From Octopus bimaculoides (Eukaryota), in assembly GCF_001194135.2 (NCBI RefSeq), contig NC_068982.1, positions 159,073,996 to 159,107,752 of the forward strand: DNA of 33,757 bases, read 5' to 3'. This document shows, piece after piece, positions 12,072 through 22,779 of the stretch (within the stretch, counting starts at the first letter, position 1; every line of letters starts with the position of its first letter). The notes under the pieces are model-generated. The model saw only the letters and a program-made list of their open reading frames with translations, was not told the DNA's origin and did not search any database. A program made the translations under genes and the position numbers.

Positions 12072-12238
12072 TTAGCAGGATTTCGTCATTAGGTTCTGAG
12101 TTCAAATTCCATCTAGGCCGCCTTTGTTTTTCATCCTTTCGCAATCGATTAAAAAGTACCAATTGAGCATCGGGGTGGATATCATCCACCCCATCGCCCG
12201 CTCAACTCTTCTGGCCTAGCGCCAAAGAGTGAAACCAA
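12072..12238 (+). mobile_element. SINE family A body and tail (5'-eroded)
   Basis: GTTCTGAGTTCAAATTCC (B-box-like), TTTCATCCTTTC, AAGTACCA, GGGGTGGAT hairpin. Similar to 5592-5735. Confidence 0.75.
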
Positions 12239-12252
12239 TGTTTATACATTTA

Positions 12253-12318
12253 AAGGTGACGAGCTGTCAGAATCATTAGAACGCGGGACAAAATGCTTAG
12301 CGAGATTTTCTCCGTCTA
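12253..12318 (+). mobile_element. SINE family A head fragment
   Basis: GAGCTGTCAGAATCATTAG..GGACAAAATGCTTAG..CTCCGTCTAT matches the 5592 copy. Confidence 0.7.
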
Positions 12319-12654
12319 TATTGGTACACCATCCCCAAAAAAATCATACCTCGTACCAAAATTTGAATCCTAATATATTTCGTAATGTTTGTAAATGTAG
12401 AAAATACAGATGTAACCCTTATGTAAGATAAGGAAAACAGTAATAAATTGTAGAATATAATATTCCTTAGAAAATATTGTATATTATCAGCATGCAATTA
12501 AACTTTTTTGAGATACGCTATGCTTTTGAACAGCGAAGGAAGCAACGAGTAGAATAAGTTATTCAATAATTACATGCGTCTTGGTGAGTCTGTGCATGTA
12601 AGTCTATACCAACAAATATCTGTAAAAATATAAAGTGAATCTTTATATACTTGT

Positions 12655-13085
12655 GCAAGCGCGGGAAACGTGTGCCTGTGTATTTTCATGATTCCGGGTT
12701 CAGTCCCACTGCGTAGCATCTTGCGCTAGTGTCTTCTATTATAGCTTCGGGCCGAGCAAACCCTTGTGAGTGGATTTGGGAAACGGAAAGTGAAAGAAGT
12801 CCATCGATTATATGTGTGTGTGTGCGTGTGTGCGTGCGTGCGTGCGTGCGTGCGTGTGTGTGTATGCATGTATTTGTTTGTCTGCGTTTGCCACCCACGC
12901 CATCGCTTGGCAACCGATGTTGTTATCTTAACGTCTCCGTAATAAGCGGTTCAGCAAAAGAGACCTATAAAATAGGTACTAAGCTTACAAAGAATAAGTC
13001 CTGGTGTCCATTTGTTCGAATAAAGGCGGTGCTCCAGCACGGCCGCAGTTAAATGACTGAAACAAGTAAAAGAATAAAAGAATAC
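12655..13085 (+). mobile_element. SINE family B, near full length, with an internal (TG/CGTG)n microsatellite
   Basis: Head CCGGGTTCAGTCCCACT, core TTGTGAGTGGATTTGG..ACGGAAA.TGAAAGAAG, microsatellite ~12811-12875, tail AAAGGCGGTGCTCCAGCA..GACTGAAACAAG(TAAAAGAA)n. Reverse-complement homologues at 16174-16843 and 15297-15385. Confidence 0.9.
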
Positions 13086-13251
13086 CCTTATAAACCAGTG
13101 TTTAAGTATGTAAATGTTAGTTCTTGCGTGTCACTGAATTTTCTGCATATAAGCAGGTGTACGAATGTATTGCAAAGATTATTTATCAATATTTCCTGTC
13201 GTAAAATGTAGCTTATCCGCGACAAAATTGTTATGCATGTTGTATTTTCAG

Positions 13252-13514
13252 ACAGTGATGTAGCAAGACACCTCCCATTGATAAGCTTCGGGATGAAGTC
13301 ACCTGGTAGGATGAAGTCACCTATTAGGATGAAGTCACCTGGTAGGATGAAGTCACCTGGTAGGATGAAGTCACCTGGTATGGGATTTCCGGTGCCCATG
13401 ACAGACGATTCTCGTCTTCAATATATGTCTTTCTGTGTATCAAGCCCCTGTGTGAGAGGATCTGTCAATGTAAATAGCGCAGTATTTGGTGTGCTAACAA
13501 AACCTCCATGTTAA
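13252..13514 (+). CDS. Candidate coding exon (phase-1 acceptor) encoding DSDVARHLPLISFG + 5 (R/G)MKSP(G/I) units + MGFPVPM...KPPC*
   Basis: Acceptor TGTTGTATTTTCAG at 13238-13251; the only plus frame open across the repeat; TAA at 13512-13514. No recognised homology. Confidence 0.2.
13291..13380. repeat. Minisatellite, 5 x 18 bp GGATGAAGTCACCTGGTA
   Basis: Copies start at 13291, 13309 (variant ..CCTATTA), 13327, 13345 and 13363; no spacers. Confidence 0.98.
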
Positions 13515-14225
13515 TTTATAATATGGATGCCTTTTTTATTAATACTGCTTCCGTCAGTAATAACTCTGATAAACCGGGTTTATGTTGTCTAGTGATGGAG
13601 GCATGTTTCCTAGTAGTTTTGGAGTACTGATTTCACAAATTGAAATGTGCATTATTCAACATTTCCGGTATTGCTACAATTTCTAAGGATAGATTTTGCT
13701 TCATAAAATGCAGAGCCAAGTAGGAATCTTGATATAACTTTGAAAACAGTTTTTCAATGAATTTTAAAGTAAATGCAACTACAAAAGTGAAAACAGATGT
13801 CATGATTTAAATGTTTTTCCTTTTTTTGTTTTTTTGTAAATTAAAGCCATCCAAATTGAGCAACTTTCACTATTATGAATCTAACTAGTTTTAAATCTCA
13901 TAATGATGACAAGAGTGTTTTTTACACAATCAGATGTCAATAAATGACACACCTTTGTGGCTCTTGACATCATAAAATTCTTATATTTGTGGAATTTGTC
14001 TGCAAATATGACCACGATGTGGTTGATTTAGTGTAACTATTATTACGAACCAGATGAGACATGTTTTGTTGAACCATTAACTATTTCTTATGAAGTAGTT
14101 ATTTTGAATGTGCAACTAATGTTTTAATTGTGAGGTTATATTTGTCAAGGTTACATTTTGTCAAGGATGTTCTAAGAACTATGGAAAGAATTTCATGGTC
14201 AAAGAACTATAGAGAGAATTTCATG

Positions 14226-15485
14226 CACTGTATAGACTTTGCTACTACAAATCTGCATTTGCTTACTTTATAACTGTTAACAAATTTTGAAAGAGGTGAT
14301 AACTGGCTTGAATATAAGTTTCGTATTTCAAAACTATGGCCACTTGTGAGATAAGTAAATGCAAAAAGGGGGACTGCTGCTATATTTGTGAATGTTGCAC
14401 TTTAAGTTGGCAACGAAACAATATCACATATTTTGTGAAGAATGCTTTCCTTGCTTTGGCATAGAACAGGGTGATGAAGAAAAAATCTGTCATCCCATTC
14501 TGTGTGTAANNNNNNNNNNTCCTTGCTTTGGCATAGAACAGGGTGATGAAGAAAAAATCTGTCATCCCATTCTGTGTGTAAAACATGTGATGAAATACTG
14601 AAACACTGATAGTTTCTTGACTCAAATTCTTAAGCAGAAAGTTTCCATTTTTTTTTTTTTTTGTGAGAGAAAATTTAGGTTGGTGTATTAGACGCTCCAG
14701 CGCTTGGGCGTCTACTGCTGAATGAGCAGGTTCTGAGGACCAAGTTTGGGGCTAAAAAGAAACAGAATGGAATGCTGTTCCTTTCAGATGTGCCTGATTT
14801 TCTTGGACACAGAACCTTTCTAATTATAAAGAAGTTGCGCTGATCCTGTTAACCAGATATTGAGAATTGGGCTGCAACATGAGTGTTAAAGTCTATTTTC
14901 TGAAAAGTCATCTGGACTGATTATCAGAGAAACAGTGCTATAAGTAATGCTCAAGGAGAAATATTTTACCAAGACATCGAGACCATAGAGACTAAGTACA
15001 AAGGTAGGTGGAATACAAGAATGATAGGCTCACTAATACTGGTCACTGCAAATATACCATTCCCGCAAACCAGCAAATAGAAATTCACTCCTTGTGTAGT
15101 TAAAACGCCTGTTGACAGAAATATCTAGCATAAGATTTGTAAATAAGCGTTTTGTGTAATATTTTTCTTTAGCAATAAAATTAAGTATTTCGTTTCTGTT
15201 TGTTTCTTATTTCAGCATTGCATTTAATGACAAAATAGAAAGATTTAAATTTAAAAAAATGAACTTTGGTTGAACGAAAATTAAGTGAGAAGCAAGATTT
15301 TTTCAGTTTCCGTCTGCCAAATCCACTCACAGAACTTTGGTCGGCCCAAGCTATAGTAGAAGACAATTGAACAAGGTGTCACGCAAATTTCTTAGGGGCT
15401 TTCTGAAACCAGCGCCATAATACTACGTACAACTAATTGGAAATAGGAAGACCACCAACAATCTTCTCGAAAAAGTTTCCTAGTG
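14226..15485 (+). mobile_element. Chapaev3-like (CMC superfamily) DNA transposon, internally deleted and degenerate; ends uncertain
   Basis: ATG 14336: MATCEISKCKKGDCCYICECCTLSWQRNNITYFVKNAFLA, then across frameshifts FGIEQGDEEK..VCKTCDEILKH (N-terminal zinc finger). This is joined directly to C-terminal FLSRKFP..GVLDAP..DFLGH..SNYKEV..LGCNMSVKVYFLKSHLD..SAISNAQGEIFYQDIETIETKYKGRWNTRMI (to ~15030). Putative termini CAC (14226) and CCTAGTG (15479-15485). The family name rests on recalled motifs. Confidence 0.72.
15297..15385 (-). mobile_element. SINE family B core fragment
   Basis: TTTCAGTTTCCGTCTGCCAAATCCACTCACA..TTTGGTCGGCCC nearly matches 16712-16760 and is the reverse complement of 12730-12800. 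Confidence 0.85.
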
Positions 15486-16173
15486 TCATCAATTAATTAT
15501 GCAAGGAGCTGACCAGCCTTATTACTTATGGACAAACTATACATTTCTGTTTATTCAGAAAGTAAATTGCGTTCAGAAATGATTTCTGAAATTTTCTATC
15601 ACGTCAAGTTTTGTTTTTAAGCAGAAATTAATTTATTTACCAAAAATGTCACTTTTGACTTTAATGCAAAAATGGAATAGGAAAAGAGCACAAACCAAAT
15701 AGTACTTGAGAGATGTTCTTTTGTTCGGAGACTAAACTGTAGAAAAAACAACTTGACGTGAAAGAAGAAAACTGCAGCATGTCATTGTAAGTCAATATCA
15801 AGTGAAAAACAAGCTCAAGAGAAATTATATTCAGAATTGTTCTTCTGTGCAATTAATCTTTAATAAACCGGCTGGCTCTTTGCGACATTATTGTCTAAAA
15901 ACATGATATATCGCAGCAGCGAAATTTGACTGGCATTCGGTGACAGGATGACTACCACTGATGATTTCCAATACAATGAAATCACATATTATGGCAGTTC
16001 TGGTGACTATGAGAGATGATTCTCATCTGCTCTGATCTATATATCTGATTTTATACACCAAGCACTTATCTGAGAGGATCTCTCAAGGCTAGTATCGTAT
16101 TATTTGATATTCTAACAAGACATCCATGTTAATTTGGATAAAAGACTCCTTTCCTTGGATAAAAGACTTCTTC

Positions 16174-16843
16174 CATTCTTTTATTATTTTATTTGCTTCA
16201 GACATTTTACTGCGGTCATGCTGGAGCACCGCCTTTAGTCGAGCAAATCGACCCCAGGACTTAGTCTTTGTAAGCCTAGTATTTACTCTCCCGGACTGTT
16301 CTGCCGAACCGCTAGGTTACAGGGACAAAAACACACCATCATGGATTGCCAAATGATGGTGTAGGGACAAACATAGACACACGCACACGCACGCACACAT
16401 GCACACACTCACATACACACACATACACACACACATACACACACACACACACACACATATATATAAATTTAGATTCAAAATTGAATGTGACACTTAAGTT
16501 CAGGCGCCAGAATATAGTATGCAATCACCTTTAAAATCCGTGTTGCTTTTNNNNNNNNNNNNNNNNNNNNNNNNNNNNNNNNNNNNNNNNNNNNNNNNNN
16601 NNNNNNNNNNNNNNNNNNNNNNNNNNNNNNNNNNNNNNNNNNNNNNNNNNNNNNNNNNNNNNNNNNNNNNNNNNNNNNNNNNNNNNNNNNNNNNNNNNNN
16701 ATGACGTGCTTTTTCAGTTTCCGTCTACCATATCCACTCACAAGGCTTTGGTCGGCCCGATGCTATAGTTAAAATACGTGCCCAAGGTGCCACACAGTGG
16801 GACTGAACCCGGAAACATATTGCACGTAAGCAAGCTTCTTACC
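16174..16843 (-). mobile_element. SINE family B with extra sequence and a gap at its internal microsatellite
   Basis: Tail (reverse complement) 16174-16375, (CA)n 16376-16460, unrelated 16465-16550, gap, head (reverse complement) 16710-16843 including GGGACTGAACCCGG. Confidence 0.88.
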
Positions 16844-17961
16844 TGTTCTCTATGCTCGATTGAAGTGAATTTTATAGCAAATTGACCAGCTTTTCAATAA
16901 CCCTGTGGCACATTTTACGACCATAGAATGGGTATATTTGCAAGAACGGAAATGCTAAAATCTCATCAACAAGTAGTGTTAGGGCAATAATTTAGATAAT
17001 CTATTCGCTACGTCAAAATAGAATGCTAATTGTTAACGATTTCAGTCACATACATAAGAAATATTTTTGGCTTGACTAAGTTTATTTCTACATCGATAGT
17101 AATTGAAACCAGTGAGAAATGTTCGTTATTTAAAATTAATAACAAACAAAAAACAATTAGATGTCTGTTTGTGAATAAGAATATCTAAGCAGTAATGACA
17201 AGCTATAATGTAAAGCGGTTTGTTCGATCTGCAACCTAATACCAATGCAATAAGTATCATTGGCTACCATAATGCAAAACTAATTTTGGCGTAAATAGCC
17301 CTTGTCAAAAACCTTTTTTTAGTATGATATATAGTGTAATCATTATATCAGTTAACTTTAGAAACATGAATGTGTTATTAGGAATTTTGATTTCATGTTT
17401 ACCATTATTTATAGCTTTCATAAATAGAGTAGAGGAAAATATTGTAATATTAAAATCAGTATTTGGATGTTTTTCATACTGTTCGAAGGATAATTGTAAA
17501 TTATATCTGCAAGCTACAGAAATTGTTAAGAGCATTTTAGTGTAACATGAGCTGGTAAACAATAAGACATCCATATATCTTGTATTAGATCTACATATTT
17601 GTGTGTTTGTGAATTTGTATNNNNNNNNNNNNNNNNNNNNNNNNNNNNNNNNNNNNNNNNNNNNNNNNNNNNNNNNNNNNNNNNNNNNNNNNNNNNNNNN
17701 NNNNNNNNNNNNNNNNNNNNNNNNNNNNNNNNNNNNNNNNNNNNNNNNNNNNNNNNNNNNNNNNNNNNNNNNNNNNNNNNNNNNNNNNNNNNNNNNNNNN
17801 NNNNNNNNNNNNNNNNNNNNNNNNNNNNNNNNNNNNNNNNNNNNNNNNNNNNNNNNNNNNNNNNNNNNNNNNNNNNNNNNNNNNNNNNNNNNNNNNNNNN
17901 NNNNNNNNNNNNNNNNNNNNNNNNNNNNNNNNNNNNNNNNNNNNNNNNNNNNNNNNNNNNN

Positions 17962-18095
17962 TATACATGTATATGTATATATATACATATATATATATAT
18001 ATATACATGTATATGTATATATATACATATATATATATACATACAAACATATATATATGTAGGTATACATACGTATGTGTGTGTGTATACTTGAC
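17962..18095. repeat. (TA)n/(TACA)n microsatellite
   Basis: Direct reading. Confidence 0.9.
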
Positions 18096-20417
18096 TTCCT
18101 ACTCACGAATGTACCTAAGTATGCATGCAGCATGAGTGACATCCGTGGCATTGAGGTGTCACTACCTGCTACGTGTATTTCCTATTTAATATGTATAATG
18201 TTTCGTGTATGAGTACGTACTTTTGTATTTGTCTACACACATAGACACCCATACACACACACACACGCACGCACACATACGCACACATTTGTATACATAC
18301 ATATTACACATTCTGGAAAACACACACAGACAAGGATACATGCATGCACTTACAGTTACATGATAAACACTCACACTATCTCACACATATAATTTCTACA
18401 AGTCTTCACCGATTTATTTCTATGTAACTATACACAAATGAACGTAGGTCGTTTACATATACACGTTATCATGCATGTGTGAACGTGTGTGTGATGAGTA
18501 TATAATACACATATAGGAAACACCTAAATGTAAAGGATATAGCAAATTACAAATTTATCCTACTTATCACAATGGTGTATAATATCCCTTAGTCTACATT
18601 GCAAAATACAGCAATTATATCTAGCCGTGAGTTAATCTCTCATAATTTGGAAATAACTCTGTAGTTTTCAGTCTAAAATAAGTGCTTTTAAAGCACGTTT
18701 ATCTCAATGTTTTTAAACATTGCTCATATTTCGCCATTTTCTATAATAAAATCGACCAAATATTTCGACAGCCATTAGCACCTACTATTACGTTTAGGTT
18801 ATATGTATACCGAATTCTTGAAATGTTTTCCCTTTTTACAGTCAAACGATTCTGTTTTATATTTTAAGAGTTTGGGATAAGAACATTGTTTTCGCTTTAG
18901 TTTATTGCATATTCTTGANNNNNNNNNNNNNNNNNNNNNNNNNNNNNNNNNNNNNNNNNNNNNNNNNNNNNNNNNNNNNNNNNNNNNNNNNNNNNNNNNN
19001 NNNNNNNNNNNNNNNNNNNNNNNNNNNNNNNNNNNNNNNNNNNNNNNNNNNNNNNNNNNNNNNNNNNNNNNNNNNNNNNNNNNNNNNNNNNNNNTTAGGA
19101 AAGAAAGAAATTTGGCACGAAACTCTTTCGTGTTAACACCCTGTAACATGATATATAAATATCGTGGGATATTTCCTTCACCCAAATTTTATTATATAAA
19201 ATTATTAAAAGTAACACTTTGATGAATACATTCTAACGTTGTCCAATTGCATTTTTGATCAAATACAAGTGCAGTCTTTCTCAAAACAATAAATTTTTTT
19301 CATAGACATATATTTTAATTCCTGTGTATTTATAATTTCAGTTATTCCCATTTTTTTTTTTAATTTTACCATACGTAAATATTCTCTTCAACTTATGAGA
19401 ATTTGATGATATACAACAAAAGAATCTAAAAGCATCTCATTACATTTTAGACTAGCAAACGTTAAGAAGAATAAGCCCAGCGTATAAAAAAAAGTTTTCT
19501 AAATAAAAAAATAGTATTTGCTCTACACCTTCCATATCAGCTTTCAAAGTTTAAATGACACAACCAGCATAATGCAATTCTTGAGCTTGCATTATCTCTT
19601 CTGTCGTCCACCTTTAACATTATTTTATGTTGTACTCCATTTCTCAGCTATCTGATTTCTAGTGCATAACAGATAAGACGATTAACATCCAGTATCCCTT
19701 AGAACTCACAAATGTTCATCTTAAATTTTTGCATTAAACTTTAGCATCTTAAATCAGATATTCATTTTATATATCATTTACTACATCAGTTGTTCAACAG
19801 CTTCTAATATCAGTTACCAGTTTCAAAATGTATTCAGAAATACACTAGTAGTCATAAAATCGTAATATAAATAAACCTATCTCGCATGTACCGACTCTGA
19901 TATTTCATACTGTACTTCATCGGGGCTCAAAACTTACCTACCGTAATAAACATATTGCATGTCACAAACTCCAGTCACATTTATGTACTCATAAATAACT
20001 ACGTACACGCGTGCGCGTACACACACTCGCGCACACATATATGCACATGCATTTCTTTGTAAATACATTTATGCCCCATGTTAGTGGTAATATACCCCAT
20101 ATTACTGGTAACGTGCATTAAGAAGGGATTCGTAGATATAGAATAAGGTAACTAGATGTTTATTGTTTCTCTTAATTATTTGACAACCTAACCTAACTAT
20201 ACATTTCGTTGTTCCCACACGGAATAACTTGAATTATCAGCCTATTGTAGAGAAACAATATTACCAAGTCTCTATGTAGATTTTACAAGTTTATTAGTTG
20301 AAAGTTTTTTTGATAAATAATAAAGTGTAATTGTTGCATTGTAAATGTTAGTAAGTTAGTGAGAGAATAACCTTGCAATTTTTTTACATATTTTTCTATG
20401 ATGCAGGGTTCTTCTGT

Positions 20418-20712
20418 GAAGGTGCGTGGCTTAGTGGTTAGAATATTCGGCTCACGATAGTAAGGTCCTGAGTTCCAAAACCGGCGACGCGCTGTCACCT
20501 TGTGCAAGACATTTTATTTCACGTTGCTCCAGTCTACTCAACTAGGAAAATGTATTTCAAAGGACCAGCCTTGTCACATTTTGTGTCAAACTTGATCTCC
20601 CTAGGATATACATTAAAAGTAAGCGTGTCTGTGGAGTAATCAGTCACTTGACCGTTAATTTCACGAGAAGCTGTTCAACTGGAACCCTCATCGTCATAAC
20701 CGATGGAGTACC
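20418..20712 (+). mobile_element. tRNA-derived SINE (family C)
   Basis: Pol III A-box TGGCTTAGTGG (20427-20437), degenerate B-box GAGTTCCAAAACC (~20470), tail ...GTGTCTGTGGAG..GTTAATTTCACGAG..AACTGGAACCCTC..CGATGGAGTACC resembling an abundant Octopus SINE as I recall it. Confidence 0.8.
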
Positions 20713-21639
20713 AGTATGGTTCTTCCCAGAGCACTCAACAATTGTGAAAGGTCGAATCTAAGAGACAAGGAACAAAACCAAACCGAAGGAGAAAAAATAG
20801 CAAAATGCAAGCAGTGGTTGAAAGCATTACAAGCGATTATTGTAAGTATTCTGAAGGATATTGTGGAAATCAATGTTACAAAGAAAGAAAGGGCGTGAAG
20901 CACACTCAAACACAAATTAGGCTAAGCCGTTTATGTAATATAGCTTCTAGAAACGTATTCTAAAAAATATTATCACAAGAAATGAGCACGGATGAATGTA
21001 AGAAATGAAATACTCTGAAATGAGAAATAACATCATCTAGATTAATTTCATGTTACTCTGGATCTTATATTACATATTGAAAATTAACCTTATATTACAT
21101 ATCGAGAATTAGCCTTAATTAACCACGGCTAACATATACGTTATATTTCACATTGAACAATCAAACGTGCTATACATAAGCAATATATTATATATCATAT
21201 TACAACACATAGTCTCCCACATAAACACATCCATATATTTCTTCGTGTCGCAAAAGCTAGTTGAAGATATCTGCATGGATATACAAATTACCCAAGAAAT
21301 AAATATAAATATATGAATACAAATTGCATCTTCCGTAATGTAACTGCTGCTATTTTTATTTATTATTAAGTATTTCCCACACATTTCCATGCTAAACCGC
21401 ATTAAGCGTTGGACTAAACAATATATGATTTATACAAGATTTCAATCAAACATTCGGCTTAATAATGCAATAATAATTAATGTATAACAATGATTATATC
21501 AGTGATAAAATTATAGATAATCATACATGCATAAATGCTTCATATACAAATTAACACCTGACTAAACCATAGAAATTATATCATTAATTCATACAGGTAC
21601 GTAATCGCTTGTTCAAGAGCGTATGTGTATATATTCGTT

Positions 21640-21658
21640 TGTGTGTGTGTGTGTATGT

Positions 21659-21701
<43 letters not shown>

Positions 21702-21727
21702 TGTGTGTGTGTGTGTGTGTGTGTTTG
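21640..21727. repeat. (TG)n microsatellite
   Basis: Direct reading. Confidence 0.95.
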
Positions 21728-22779
21728 AGTGTGCATATATGTAATTGCAAAGAGTGGCTACAGTAAAATTCTGACACTTATATGCATGAAAATTCAACAG
21801 TAAATTGGCGTTAAATTATTCGACGTTGTAAGCGAAGAATTGCTAATTAATTATAAATTTGTTTTTTAGTCTGTCAACGATCATGAATAATTTGGACTAT
21901 GGTAATTTCAATTAATATGGAGTGACAATTCTCAACAATTTTTTCTACTCATTAGATAACATCAGTTAAGTAAAATCCACTGAATGAATTTGTTTGACGA
22001 GAGGGGTATAACTAGCTACTGGAAGAACACATGAAATATATCATGACTTCATAATGATATAATATAATGCACACACACACACACACTAATCTCAGTTTCT
22101 TTCTGTCTCTCTTTATTTCCCTCTTTCTCTCTCTCTCTCTTTCTCTTTTTCTATCTTTCTCTCTCTATCTCTCTTTCTCTCCTGCATCCTCTTTTCTGCT
22201 CACTCACTCACGTTATATATTTGAATCAGAGGCAGCTCTAATTCAAATATTATTGAAGTCACGTTCGTGATGCATGTGTTTTGTTTATGTGCTCTTCAGC
22301 GGAATAAAGTCTGAAGGAATAACCTCCCTTTAAGACGCTGATTTTTACACCTCACACGCAAACACACACACACACACATGTATATATATAATCCGAATAA
22401 GACAAATAAATACTTTAACACATCTTAAGACATCAGTTACAATTATTTATGTACCAACTCTGCTTACAACACCATTGTACCAAAGTAAGATGCAAGTTCG
22501 ATGAAGTACCACTCGAATATCTAAAACTGCAAATATTATGTAAATGTTCACCTCTATGTTTGTGTTAACTGGCGTTGTAACTAGAATTGCTAAACGAACA
22601 ATTGCACCTGACGATTAAAGATGTGTTAAATTATTTATTTGTATCGGATATTTTATTCTTCGCTACACCCACACAACAGTTTTACCGTCAAGAAACCAGA
22701 ATTTTCTACCTTTAATGCGTTGAGTGCTTCTATGGTAGTAACCTACCTTTATGCCCTGCCAGCACCCTATATATATATA

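Noticed and set aside
13291-13380. Repeat array as CRISPR
   Set aside because: Units are head-to-tail with no spacers, there are no cas genes, and the context is eukaryotic.
14136-14225. Short imperfect tandem duplications (15-16 bp and 28 bp); similar ones at 1843-1875 and 16136-16172
   Set aside because: Two-copy slippage products with no further structure.
14448-14581. 62-bp tandem duplication (14448-14509 = 14520-14581)
   Set aside because: Same 10-N gap artefact.
19569-19595. 9-bp inverted repeat (another at 26731-26756)
   Set aside because: Short AT-rich stems are expected by chance in 30 kb, and there is no associated feature.
20418-20490. tRNA gene
   Set aside because: A/B boxes are present, but I could not fold a cloverleaf and the sequence continues into a SINE body.
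20805-20963. 52-aa ORF with an EGF-like look (CKYSEGYCGNQCYK)
   Set aside because: Too few cysteines for an EGF module, no signal peptide, no convincing acceptor; the length is expected by chance.
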